Origin: a virus
Strand: one strand, 5' to 3'
Length of the DNA: 64,000 nt
IMG/VR virus record: IMGVR_UViG_3300045988_101018
Location: 61,635 to 125,634 of that record
The translations under genes and the position numbers were made by a program. Positions 20,968-30,228 of the stretch are shown in pieces. The first letter of the stretch is position 1, and every line of letters starts with the position of its first letter. Below the pieces are notes generated by a model. The model was not told where the DNA came from. It did no database searches and saw only the letters and a list, made by a program, of their open reading frames with translations.

Positions 20968-21268
20968 ACTTTGCCTTTAGTCTGGCAAGCTCTGCAAGCT
21001 CCTTATTTCTAAATTCTTCTTTCTCTTTCTTTTGCATTGCCTTCTCAGCTTCATCAAGTTCTTTAAGGAGTGCGGTATAATCAGTATCATCAAACTCATA
21101 TTTTTCTAAGCTATACGCATCGCACATATACTCATAGTCGCTTGGCTTTGTTCTCATGTAATATTCCATACATTTCTCTGTGTCTTCTTCGCTCGTAAAA
21201 TAGCCAAGACAAAACTCAGTATCGTAATCACGAAAACGAACAAGATAGATAGACATAATCAACCTCAT
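20939..21268 (-). CDS. hypothetical acidic protein
   Basis: 109 aa ORF. Confidence 0.45.
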   Translation of the reverse strand: MRLIMSIYLVRFRDYDTEFCLGYFTSEEDTEKCMEYYMRTKPSDYEYMCDAYSLEKYEFDDTDYTALLKELDEAEKAMQKKEKEEFRNKELAELARLKAKYEGQQDDLQ

Positions 21269-21447
21269 CTACTCAAGAACTATTACCATATCGCCATCTC
21301 TAATATTAATGTAGCCAATATAATCTATGTATCGCATATCATATTCACCATATGGATGGTCATAGGTTGCAGCAGATATAGGCACACGCACAACAACATC
21401 AAAGTCTGGATATTTCAGCAGCTCTTCTGCAAGCTCTTTTGCTTTCA
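21269..21447 (-). CDS. small hypothetical protein (~59 aa, below ORF-track cutoff; coordinates approximate)
   Basis: hand-translated MKAKELAEELLKYPDFDVVV...; fills gap between flanking genes. Confidence 0.3.
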
Positions 21448-21465
21448 TTGTAGCATATTCTTTCT

Positions 21466-21660
21466 TTAAAACAGGTTATAGAACAAAGCAGGCAGAGTTC
21501 TCTTCCACTCGCCGTTTTTATATTCATACCCATTCATATAAATCTTGTCACCGATAATGCTGATTGATGAGCGTTTTGAATTTGAAGGACATTTGGGAAG
21601 CGGTCTAGTATCGATATATACTTCACCGCAACACTGAACTATAGTATGCTCTGTATCCAT
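21466..21660 (-). CDS. hypothetical protein
   Basis: 64 aa ORF. Confidence 0.4.
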   Translation of the reverse strand: MDTEHTIVQCCGEVYIDTRPLPKCPSNSKRSSISIIGDKIYMNGYEYKNGEWKRTLPALFYNLF

Positions 21661-21674
21661 TAAACCAACATCTC

Positions 21675-21959
21675 CTACACTCTAAAGAAACCGAGCCAGC
21701 AGCGGCATCGCGTTCCCTCTTTAATAGCACCGCCGTCAATCATCTCTTGGCTTATAGTATATCCCTCTTCGATACCATCAATAGCCCAAGGATTAGTCTC
21801 ATACACATAAACCACTTGACAATAGAACCACTCAGAAGGATTTTTCGGCTTTCTAATCTTCTGCGTCTCTGTGTCTACGATATAGATATCGTTGTTTTTA
21901 ATATCTTCACCAGCTATGTAATCCTTTATGACCCCACCATGGGTAAGAATTGGCGGCAT
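21675..21959 (-). CDS. hypothetical protein
   Basis: 94 aa ORF. Confidence 0.45.
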   Translation of the reverse strand: MPPILTHGGVIKDYIAGEDIKNNDIYIVDTETQKIRKPKNPSEWFYCQVVYVYETNPWAIDGIEEGYTISQEMIDGGAIKEGTRCRCWLGFFRV

Positions 21960-21968
21960 TTTGTCTCC

Positions 21969-22166
21969 TTAAAATCGCTGTCGCAGGTTTAATACGATTG
22001 TTTTTGTCTTATCGTCTGCATACCCATCTACGGGACAGAAATGTAAGGACTCTGGACTACTCAAATCATGGCTGCAATTGTCATCAAAATCATAATCCCA
22101 AATAAAGCTTGTGATTTCGTAATCTGGATATCCCATCATTAAGTTCATTAAATCTCTGGCAGTCAT
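21969..22166 (-). CDS. hypothetical acidic protein
   Basis: 65 aa ORF. Confidence 0.4.
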   Translation of the reverse strand: MTARDLMNLMMGYPDYEITSFIWDYDFDDNCSHDLSSPESLHFCPVDGYADDKTKTIVLNLRQRF

Positions 22167-22774
22167 TACACTTTCTTTCTAAAGACCCTAAATTTAATTT
22201 CGTACTCTCGACCGGCTTTGCCCTTGTTAATGGCTTCGCCCTTAAACTTTAGCACGCCATTATCTTCACCGACATAGGTTACGCGCTCTTGCATATCGGG
22301 GTTTGGATATTGGTGCGTCACCTCGCCGTACTCGCTATTAAGGTCATGTCCTTTCTCATGGAACACAAAGTAAGAAGCGTCTTCAACGCTCTTAAAATAA
22401 GACGTTTTCAGCTCATCCTTTTTATATTCGCCGATAACATCAACGACATAGACATACTTCTCAAAGCTCTTGACGGTATCGACCATCTTGTTATCAATAT
22501 AAAATGCAAGCTCTGTCTCTGGGTCTACGATACCGTTTTTCGTATCGTATTCAGGTGATGATAGCTCAACGTAGATGTTTGTGTTAGCTTGCGACAGCCA
22601 CATTCTACCGCCATGACACGAACACATCTCCCACGTAATAGACACTGGCAGGCAACCAGCCTTGACTACGACCTTATAGGAGGATGCTTCCATAACAATA
22701 AATCCAGCTTCTTCTGCTTTCATTGCTATAGCCAACATGACCTTATCTTTTTTAACTAAATCAAGAGTAGTCAT
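22166..22774 (-). CDS. hypothetical protein
   Basis: 202 aa ORF. Confidence 0.5.
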   Translation of the reverse strand: MTTLDLVKKDKVMLAIAMKAEEAGFIVMEASSYKVVVKAGCLPVSITWEMCSCHGGRMWLSQANTNIYVELSSPEYDTKNGIVDPETELAFYIDNKMVDTVKSFEKYVYVVDVIGEYKKDELKTSYFKSVEDASYFVFHEKGHDLNSEYGEVTHQYPNPDMQERVTYVGEDNGVLKFKGEAINKGKAGREYEIKFRVFRKKV

Positions 22775-22783
22775 TATAATTCC

Positions 22784-23167
22784 TTAATCCTCGTCTGGAA
22801 GATACACGTCAATCGTATATCCAGTACCATAATAACCATTGCCATCCGTACCATATACATCAAGCAACTCTGTTGTCATGCCGTCTGCGATAACGAAAAT
22901 CTTATAGTGTTCATAATAACAATCATCCTCGAACTCTTCAACGAATTCAACGTTTGTAATTGCATTATTTACAGATGCAATATGCTCCAAATAATAATTA
23001 CCAGACTCACAGCCGCCGCACCCGATGTTTGGATTAATCTGAAGCACTACGCCGTTGTCAAGAACAAGGTTGTCATAATCATCTACTGTGACTTTATGCC
23101 CAATCAGCAGCTCTTCAATTTCTTTCTCGTTGCATTCGCAAAGCGTTCTATCTTTATACATTGTCAC
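22784..23167 (-). CDS. hypothetical protein, N-terminus paralogous to 23154-23393 (MxMxKDRTLCExNEK)
   Basis: 127 aa ORF; shared N-terminal motif. Confidence 0.45.
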   Translation of the reverse strand: MTMYKDRTLCECNEKEIEELLIGHKVTVDDYDNLVLDNGVVLQINPNIGCGGCESGNYYLEHIASVNNAITNVEFVEEFEDDCYYEHYKIFVIADGMTTELLDVYGTDGNGYYGTGYTIDVYLPDED

Positions 23168-23393
23168 TCCTTAAGGCGCTCAAATCCATGCCCAGAATCT
23201 TGCCAACCTCAAATGCCGCCATACAGGTTGCGCATTTATATCCTTTACTAAAGCCATCAATCGAGCTATCACTTAGGCATCTACTACCACATTCTTTTCT
23301 ATAACGTCCTTTTACCCAGTTTTCAAGATGTTCAATAATGTCAGGATTTTTCTCGTTGTATTCGCAAAGTGTTCTGTCTTTAGACATATCCAT
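23154..23393 (-). CDS. small Cys-rich protein, paralog family (C-terminal AAFEVGKILGMD)
   Basis: 79 aa; shares N-term with 22784-23167 and C-term with 23799-23981. Confidence 0.45.
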   Translation of the reverse strand: MDMSKDRTLCEYNEKNPDIIEHLENWVKGRYRKECGSRCLSDSSIDGFSKGYKCATCMAAFEVGKILGMDLSALRSDNV

Positions 23394-23416
23394 TCCTTAA
23401 AACATATTTTTATTAT

Positions 23417-23779
23417 CTAATCGCAGCTAATAGTTAAATTCCTTTTAGGCAAGGAATAATATGCTTCAATATCAACATATGGACTACAAGTACAAGCTAC
23501 GACATTGCTATTAAAATAATTATTTAGAGCCTTTTTAAGAATTCCATCAAGTGTAACCTCATCAACAAGAATATTGTCGTATTGTATTTTGCCAGTTACA
23601 ATATCAGAAATTAAAACTGGCTCTGAAATCTTGCATCCAAGTTTTGTAGCCGTACTTTTTATATTGTCAATCATTGTTTTATAAGCAACAACAATAGGAT
23701 AGCCAGTTGCTTCGCTAATATGAATTAATTGGGTTGTTTTACCCATGCCACGGTCTTTAATAATAAGTTTCATAATCAA
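23417..23779 (-). CDS. small P-loop NTPase-like protein
   Basis: 120 aa; Walker A-like DRGMGKTT. Confidence 0.4.
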   Translation of the reverse strand: MIMKLIIKDRGMGKTTQLIHISEATGYPIVVAYKTMIDNIKSTATKLGCKISEPVLISDIVTGKIQYDNILVDEVTLDGILKKALNNYFNSNVVACTCSPYVDIEAYYSLPKRNLTISCD

Positions 23780-23798
23780 TCCTTAAAATGTGTACTTA

Positions 23799-23981
23799 TT
23801 ACTCGATATCCATACCTAGAATTTTACCAACATCAAATGCCGCAAGGCTTGTACCACACGCAACACCATCTACAAAACAATTGTACGAATTGCCCTCTGA
23901 ACATTCATAAGTCAATTCACAATCGCGTGCGTTATAGTTCTCTTCTACCCAATTCTTAAGCTGCTCAATAACGTCAGGCAT
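23799..23981 (-). CDS. small Cys-rich protein, paralog of 23154-23393
   Basis: 60 aa; C-terminal AAFDVGKILGMD. Confidence 0.4.
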   Translation of the reverse strand: MPDVIEQLKNWVEENYNARDCELTYECSEGNSYNCFVDGVACGTSLAAFDVGKILGMDIE

Positions 23982-24004
23982 ATTATCTCCTTAGAATAAA
24001 TGTT

Positions 24005-24418
24005 TTACTCCACAATACGATAAGGTGGAACAATACTACTGATATACGTCATTACATCTTTATTTGAAGAAAAGCTTTCAAGTTTACTCTTGCTAATAAC
24101 AGAAGGTTCACGCTCCCAAACAAGCTCTGGTTTATATTTATCATATAAATCCTCTACGTTTAGTACAAACGGAAATTGAAGCGGGATTGAATCATATACA
24201 TCAGTAATGCTTGCTATCGGGTCGTTAATATTAATTAGATCATCGTTAAACTCTCGTTCTTTATAAAAAACAGCGCTTATGTCTTCATCCAATTCTTCTT
24301 CTGTTGGAGTGCCAACAACAAACCAATCATTATCTATGTCTTTGCCTTCAAGCAGAAGAAGCATATCACCATATCCATTGATAACAATCATATAGCTTTT
24401 CATGTCTGACTTTTTCAT
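24005..24418 (-). CDS. hypothetical acidic protein
   Basis: 137 aa ORF. Confidence 0.45.
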   Translation of the reverse strand: MKKSDMKSYMIVINGYGDMLLLLEGKDIDNDWFVVGTPTEEELDEDISAVFYKEREFNDDLININDPIASITDVYDSIPLQFPFVLNVEDLYDKYKPELVWEREPSVISKSKLESFSSNKDVMTYISSIVPPYRIVE

Positions 24419-24441
24419 ATTTGTTCCTTAAAATAGATATT

Positions 24442-25391
24442 TTACTGCTTCATAAAACTAAGGATCCATGCAATTACGTCAACAGTCCAACCATTGCCGA
24501 TCGCCTTGACCCTGTTGCTCCTAACCCAACCTTCTGTATACCCATCAGGCAGCGTTTGAAGGCGCTCTAGCTCGGTGCAAGTCAAACGTCTAATCGTATT
24601 GTCGTAATACACAGATGCATCGCAGGCACAATCAAGAGTAGATGACTTCTGCTTAATCACACGACCACGCCGAGTCTTGCTAGTCGGGAATGATAGATTA
24701 ACGCCATCACCATTATGCGCTACAATATAACCCTTCTTGGTTGCTTGATTGATACGTAGCTCGCCATCAACTCGATTAACAATGGCAACAGCATTCTCTG
24801 GAAAGTATGAATCGAACATGATTCCCTTATGCTCAACCAATTCAACATCGGGATTGTCTTCAAGAATATCAAGCAGCTTAATACCCTTGTCCTTTGGCTT
24901 TTCAACATTGGGGATATTAGTCCAATATGTACGCCAACGATTTTGTGCGCTCATAAGTTTACTGTTAATCTCAATAGGCTCAACGCCAAGCTTATCGGTG
25001 ATAATATCTTTCCACACATCTTTCATCTTGACATTCTCAAATAGAAACAAGACATCTGGATTCTTTGTCTTAATGTCATTAAGAATATCAACGAATTCAA
25101 AAAATAGTTTACTGCGCTCATCCTTGAAATTAAGCATCATACCAGCACGAGAGAAGCCCTGACAAGGCGTGCCTGACAAAACCAAGTCGATATGCGGCAA
25201 ATCCCATTCACGCCACTTAGTAATATCACCAAGACGAATAATACCATCGTGGTTCTTCTTAGAAATAGCAATGGCATTCTAGTCAATCTCGCTTGAAAAA
25301 TACTTATTCACCTTGATGCCAGCGCGGTCAAGAGCGACCTTGCCACACGAAATACCATCACATAGATTTAAAACGTTAATACCATTGCTCA
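24442..25391 (-). pseudogene. DNA (cytosine-5) methyltransferase interrupted by an in-frame amber (TAG) codon at 25279-25281
   Basis: hand translation: GTG start after GGAGG, motif I VLNLCDGISCGKVAL, ..SSEID then TAG, then NAIAISKKN..GDI..DLVLSGTPCQGFS (motif IV), ENV (motif VI); Lys-to-amber (AAG>TAG) position. Confidence 0.6.
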
Positions 25392-25410
25392 CTGTATATC
25401 CTCCTACAAG

Positions 25411-26619
25411 TTAGGCTAGTTCATCTAACCAAGATAAATCTACTTCATCGGTCTTATTATTGCATATATCCTGACTAGTTACAACATCGTTTTTAGAATT
25501 ATTACCGACATTATCGAATAAATCAATGCCATTCTTCTGTGCTTCTAGCTTATCTAGGTATTCTTTATATGGCTTATGTAGATTTGCACTGTATCCCATT
25601 AATGTCGAGAAGTAATACGACTGCGCTTTAACATCTTCCTCAGAATCCCAAAACGCGGCATCGCTCTTAGTCTCTTCGTAATCTTTCTCGCGCATGTTAA
25701 TATCTTGAATGGTAGACACAATCGTATCAGTCCACTTATCAATTAACTCCTGTGTAAATGGAATAAATACATGGCAATCTGTAATCACATACTTATCACG
25801 TACATCATCTGGCAATACATCAATGGTGTTTGTATCAATAAGAAGCTTCAGATAATTATCAACTTCGTCTTCCGAATACCCATCGGCTTTAAGCCACATC
25901 TTAACATTTGTCTTGAGACTGTCACCAAGCTTATAGCGCTCTACCTGTCGCTCTTTTACTGCGCCATTCTTCTGATGATACTGAACGTTACAATACTTTA
26001 AGAAATTAAAGCAAATCTTTACCTTATCAAGTGGAATACCAGCTTGTACTAGTCCTAATCCATAGATAGTTAGCTGCCCTGAATGCTCTTCAAGCGTCTT
26101 GCCCTTGTACATAGAGCTAGTTTTAAAATCTATGATATTATAGCAACCATTATCATCCTTGAACAATGCATCGATATAGCCAACAAATACATTATCACCA
26201 ACCTGTGCAATTACAGGCTTCTCAATAAGCAGTTTATGCTCATACTTAATATGGTTTTTAAAGAAGATTTGTAAATCTTCCTTGTATTTAGCCTTGATAC
26301 TAGCATCATGCTCTTCATCATTACGGTCAAGCTTAAGGTCTGCAATGTCAATGGCAGTAAGCCAACCATCCTCGAACTGACTAATCATATCTTCATATGA
26401 AATATCACCCTCATAGAATGCGTCAAGAGTGTCATGTGCGATAGATCCGAGTGGCGCATATCCGCAGTCTGTTCTATCTTCATTCACGTGCTTGACGTAT
26501 TTAAGATAATACTCGTACTTAGAAGTCATGTAGGTATTTACACGACTCCATGACCATATACGTGATACGCTGTATTTTTCTTTGATTTTATCAAGTTCTT
26601 CTTTTGACAAACGCGCCAT
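25411..26619 (-). CDS. PD-(D/E)XK nuclease (RecB/Cas4-like phage exonuclease, DUF2800-like)
   Basis: 402 aa; GYIDALFKDDNGCYNIIDFKTS (D..D/E.K) and QLTIYGLGL motifs. Confidence 0.6.
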   Translation of the reverse strand: MARLSKEELDKIKEKYSVSRIWSWSRVNTYMTSKYEYYLKYVKHVNEDRTDCGYAPLGSIAHDTLDAFYEGDISYEDMISQFEDGWLTAIDIADLKLDRNDEEHDASIKAKYKEDLQIFFKNHIKYEHKLLIEKPVIAQVGDNVFVGYIDALFKDDNGCYNIIDFKTSSMYKGKTLEEHSGQLTIYGLGLVQAGIPLDKVKICFNFLKYCNVQYHQKNGAVKERQVERYKLGDSLKTNVKMWLKADGYSEDEVDNYLKLLIDTNTIDVLPDDVRDKYVITDCHVFIPFTQELIDKWTDTIVSTIQDINMREKDYEETKSDAAFWDSEEDVKAQSYYFSTLMGYSANLHKPYKEYLDKLEAQKNGIDLFDNVGNNSKNDVVTSQDICNNKTDEVDLSWLDELA

Positions 26620-26840
26620 TAATACAACTCCTTTGTAATGTATTCAAACGGATAGTTATTCTCTAAACAAAACTTCTTAGCCTGTTTACGTTTGTTGAAA
26701 TAGTATTTCTCTTCTGGAATACAGACTTGTGTTTCTTCTGGTGTAATACCTATGCATGTGCCAAACTTTTTTGTGCTAAAAGAAATTTCTTTCTTTGTAT
26801 GTTCTGGAATCGTTACGACATAAAATGTGTCTAGCTCCAT
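26619..26840 (-). CDS. hypothetical protein
   Basis: 73 aa ORF. Confidence 0.4.
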   Translation of the reverse strand: MELDTFYVVTIPEHTKKEISFSTKKFGTCIGITPEETQVCIPEEKYYFNKRKQAKKFCLENNYPFEYITKELY

Positions 26841-26934
26841 ATCGTCTCCCTATACAAATAATGACCGCCTTATATACGGTCATTATTATATCACAATATT
26901 AAATTGAATTAGACGTTAAAGGTATGTTTTATTC

Positions 26935-27005
26935 TTTGATAATTCCAATATTTTTTGTTGCTTCCAATTGCTATTTGGAATTAACATTTTTATTGGAATT
27001 ATCAA
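26935..27005. promoter_or_regulatory. cluster of TTGGAAT/ATTCCAA palindromic repeats (4 copies) in the largest intergenic gap of the replication region
   Basis: aattccaat..cttccaattgctatttggaatt..attggaatt read directly. Confidence 0.35.
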
Positions 27006-27067
27006 ACTTTTAAAATCACGATTTTAAAGCTTTTTTCGTCAACAAAACCGCAGGTCAGAGCGTTGTT

Positions 27068-27337
27068 TTAGCGCACTTTCTTGTCAATATCGTACCACGC
27101 CGCGATATATCGACCGTCTGGCTCATTATACTGGATAGACTCGCTAAACTTATAAAGATATGCGTTAATAGGGCTATCCATAGACACATACGCCGCTTCA
27201 TTCCAGATTACACGGTCAACTAAATCAAGCGCATCCTCGGCGTGCGTGAAATAATATATTCGCTGCTCCTGCTCATACCAAGGCTTATCCTCATCCTCGA
27301 CTGTCCACCAATCAAATACAACTTTATATATAGCCAT
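27068..27337 (-). CDS. hypothetical acidic protein
   Basis: 89 aa ORF. Confidence 0.45.
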   Translation of the reverse strand: MAIYKVVFDWWTVEDEDKPWYEQEQRIYYFTHAEDALDLVDRVIWNEAAYVSMDSPINAYLYKFSESIQYNEPDGRYIAAWYDIDKKVR

Positions 27338-27622
27338 ATCAATTCCCTTCTATGAATCCTCTAACATCTTCAATGCGTTTGGCATCTCGGCAATGGTGTC
27401 TTCAATCACATTGCCAACAACCAAGCCCTTAAGCTTATTATCAACCGAATCCTTAAGTTTAAACTTAAACTTCTTCATCCAATAATCTTCAATTGCCGCA
27501 GTGACTCAATTGTACATAGTCCACTCTGGCTCATCGCAGCCTTCCATGTGGTGAAGACAATAGGTATAGAACGTTTCGATATCTCCATCTACGTCAAACC
27601 ATGTTAAATCCAACGCCATAAT

Positions 27623-27895
27623 CTACACCTCCTTCTTTAACCACTTACGGAACTCGCCTGAACAATCATCACATAAGTCAAGTCTATCTTCTATACTATC
27701 CCATAGGCAAAACCTATCAAACAATATACATGTATGATGATAAAACCTTTTACCTACATTGTATGGTACTTCCTTGCCACACCTATCGCAGATTATAGTG
27801 CTTTTCTTACTCATCATAACCATCTTCTTCATACCATTTATCCAAAACATCATTATGCTCTTCTGACATGAATGAATAAAAGGTACATGAATCAA
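27623..27895 (-). CDS. zinc-ribbon protein (CDRCGK...CDDC)
   Basis: 90 aa ORF; start probably internal. Confidence 0.4.
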   Translation of the reverse strand: MIHVPFIHSCQKSIMMFWINGMKKMVMMSKKSTIICDRCGKEVPYNVGKRFYHHTCILFDRFCLWDSIEDRLDLCDDCSGEFRKWLKKEV

Positions 27896-28100
27896 GTCCG
27901 TCTAGGTCGTTATCAAAACCTATGCTCCACAGCTCATCGACATACGGTTTGCATCTATCGCACTGATGAAACGTATACATCTCATTATAACAGACTAGAT
28001 TCTGAGCTTCGTACTCTTCACCGATTTCAATCTTCTTGCCGCACATATCACACTTATGCGGCTTGCGAGCCTTCACGCGGTCAATGCTTACAATTTCCAT
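27807..28100 (-). CDS. zinc-finger protein (CDMCGK...CDRC)
   Basis: 97 aa ORF. Confidence 0.45.
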   Translation of the reverse strand: MEIVSIDRVKARKPHKCDMCGKKIEIGEEYEAQNLVCYNEMYTFHQCDRCKPYVDELWSIGFDNDLDGLDSCTFYSFMSEEHNDVLDKWYEEDGYDE

Positions 28101-28116
28101 TATCGCACCGCTCTAT

Positions 28117-28326
28117 TTATTGCATATATTTCTTTCGGAACTCTATGATATCGTGCATTTCTTTGTGCATTTTTCGAAACATACGCAGCTCATCGTCTCG
28201 AAACCCACCGTATGATGAAGCGTCTGAGATATCCATAAATTCATCTACAATGCCCATCATATAATATGTCATTTCCATAAACTGCTGAATATCATCTTTA
28301 ATATAACTACCAGTCATATACAACAT
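28117..28326 (-). CDS. hypothetical protein
   Basis: 69 aa ORF. Confidence 0.4.
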   Translation of the reverse strand: MLYMTGSYIKDDIQQFMEMTYYMMGIVDEFMDISDASSYGGFRDDELRMFRKMHKEMHDIIEFRKKYMQ

Positions 28327-28328
28327 CC

Positions 28329-28646
28329 TTAATATAGTTCAAAAGAAGCACACGCATCGTCTTCGCCACTAAAATAATCACAGCATTCAATGCAATATCC
28401 CATGTCGGTTGCACAGATATCATCTGGAATCTTTGCGAACATCGAACACTGCTTACACTTCTTGTCGATGTAACCTTCATCGCTATTCCACGGTGCGTAG
28501 GAATCTTGTTCCCAAGTGTAGTCTGGATAGTTACTCATACTTATAACCCATTTCATTCCAATGATAATAGTCGGCAAGGAAGTCATACAAATCATCAACT
28601 GTCTTGATGACATAGTGCTCAACCTCATTGCCATACTCGCCGACAC
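28329..28646 (-). CDS. hypothetical Cys-rich protein
   Basis: 105 aa ORF; overlaps next ORF, true start uncertain. Confidence 0.35.
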   Translation of the reverse strand: MSASMAMRLSTMSSRQLMICMTSLPTIIIGMKWVISMSNYPDYTWEQDSYAPWNSDEGYIDKKCKQCSMFAKIPDDICATDMGYCIECCDYFSGEDDACASFELY

Positions 28647-28842
28647 TTACAGTATTGTTCACTTCACCATATCGAGTCGTATTGATATACCATGCAACCC
28701 ACTCATATTTATCACCAACAGAATCTACAAGCGTTTGGATTAGCGAGTTTTTAACGTAGCACTTATGACCATACTGATGATAGAAGTTCTCAACTTCTTT
28801 AATTGAATTCACTGCGGAAACAAAATCTTTTTTCGTAATCAT
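28531..28842 (-). CDS. hypothetical protein
   Basis: 103 aa ORF. Confidence 0.4.
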   Translation of the reverse strand: MITKKDFVSAVNSIKEVENFYHQYGHKCYVKNSLIQTLVDSVGDKYEWVAWYINTTRYGEVNNTVSVGEYGNEVEHYVIKTVDDLYDFLADYYHWNEMGYKYE

Positions 28843-29060
28843 TTCTGCCCCTTATTGTCTGGATACAGCTTAAAAAAGTCTACATGCGACCCAACGTCAT
28901 AGACTGCCGCACCATCATCGTCTTGCCAAACGCGGGTATAATAAATGTGAAAGTCTCGTTCTCTACAGAATTTTTTAATTTCAGAATATGCATCGTCAGC
29001 CGTTGCAACATCTGCAATAGTTCGCTCATGTCCTTGACTGTTCTGAAATACGAGCTTCAT
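28839..29060 (-). CDS. hypothetical protein
   Basis: 73 aa ORF. Confidence 0.4.
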   Translation of the reverse strand: MKLVFQNSQGHERTIADVATADDAYSEIKKFCRERDFHIYYTRVWQDDDGAAVYDVGSHVDFFKLYPDNKGQK

Positions 29061-29068
29061 TGTCTACC

Positions 29069-30154
29069 TCATTTCTTCTTAAGACCATTTAAATACTTTC
29101 GATGCTCTGACTCATCATACTTAACTCGATGCTTGATAAGAAAATTATACACCTTATTTTCTGCATCGGCGGGAGCATCCTTGTCCCCGAGTAAATTCCA
29201 TCGATCCTTCACATATGACACACTTTTGTGAAGATGCAATTGCTCACATATATATCGCACTTCTTCTATCGGAACGTCATTATCAAGAGCAACAATAATT
29301 TCATCAACATTTAACTTTAAGATAATTTGTTTTTGCTTTTCACTTAGCTTCTTTCCTTGAAGCGCAACGCAAGTTCCGTCATTGCGCGAATATCTCTTTA
29401 ATACAGATTTCTCAGACTCACAAATAACTATAACTTTCTTGCGTTCAATCTCTTCTTTGTTTTCCCAAAGTCCATAAAGATTAAGATTTTTCTTATATGA
29501 AGGTGTCAGGAAATATTTACGGATTCCTAGCTCTTCATAATTTTCAACAGTAGTTCTTTGATTAAACCCAACTAGCTCACCATCTTCCCAATATCTAATG
29601 GGAATAACTACACGATGATATTTATATGAATACGCCAACCCAAACTTCTTAGCAGCCCAAGGCATAATGCCTTCTCGCAACCAATCAATATAAAGCAAAG
29701 GAACGTAATCATTGATAGCTTCTTCTTTGATAGCCTGTATCTCTGATACGTCTGCTATATTTCTATGTCTATTGCGCCTATTACGTTTATTAATAGCATT
29801 CTTAAATACAGCAAGCGGGTCTTTCTTTTCTTCTTTTTTATACGGCGTTGATTCAAGTCCAAGAATGTTATGAAGATATTTAACAGCATCTACAAATGAA
29901 CACTTCTTATTGTATTGGACAAGAGAAATAATATCTGACATATCACCAAATTCATTCTCTCTAGTCCAATTATGTATTAATAAATATTTTGTATTATATA
30001 CATTAATTGCGCTAGCGTTGTCACCATTGTAATTAGCTGCACTGTAGAAATTTTTAGAGGAGTGATACTTAATTGACTTACAACCAATTTTCTCTAGAAC
30101 AAATTCAACCTTATTATTATTGAAGATATATTTCTTCAAAGAAGCTGCATCCAT
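29069..30154 (-). CDS. DNA primase (DnaG-like TOPRIM domain)
   Basis: 361 aa; TOPRIM motifs VIVICESEKSV (Glu) and ALDNDVPIEE (DxD). Confidence 0.7.
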   Translation of the reverse strand: MDAASLKKYIFNNNKVEFVLEKIGCKSIKYHSSKNFYSAANYNGDNASAINVYNTKYLLIHNWTRENEFGDMSDIISLVQYNKKCSFVDAVKYLHNILGLESTPYKKEEKKDPLAVFKNAINKRNRRNRHRNIADVSEIQAIKEEAINDYVPLLYIDWLREGIMPWAAKKFGLAYSYKYHRVVIPIRYWEDGELVGFNQRTTVENYEELGIRKYFLTPSYKKNLNLYGLWENKEEIERKKVIVICESEKSVLKRYSRNDGTCVALQGKKLSEKQKQIILKLNVDEIIVALDNDVPIEEVRYICEQLHLHKSVSYVKDRWNLLGDKDAPADAENKVYNFLIKHRVKYDESEHRKYLNGLKKK

Positions 30155-30206
30155 CTAAATATCACTCCTTTCACGTTTAGTCACTTATTAAAGTATAGCA
30201 CTATTT

Positions 30207-30223
30207 GCATATAACGTTAATAG
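30207..30223 (-). promoter_or_regulatory. early motif copy 3 (ATTAACGTTATATGC + TGCTATACT) upstream of primase
   Basis: read directly. Confidence 0.45.
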
Positions 30224-30228
30224 AAAAA

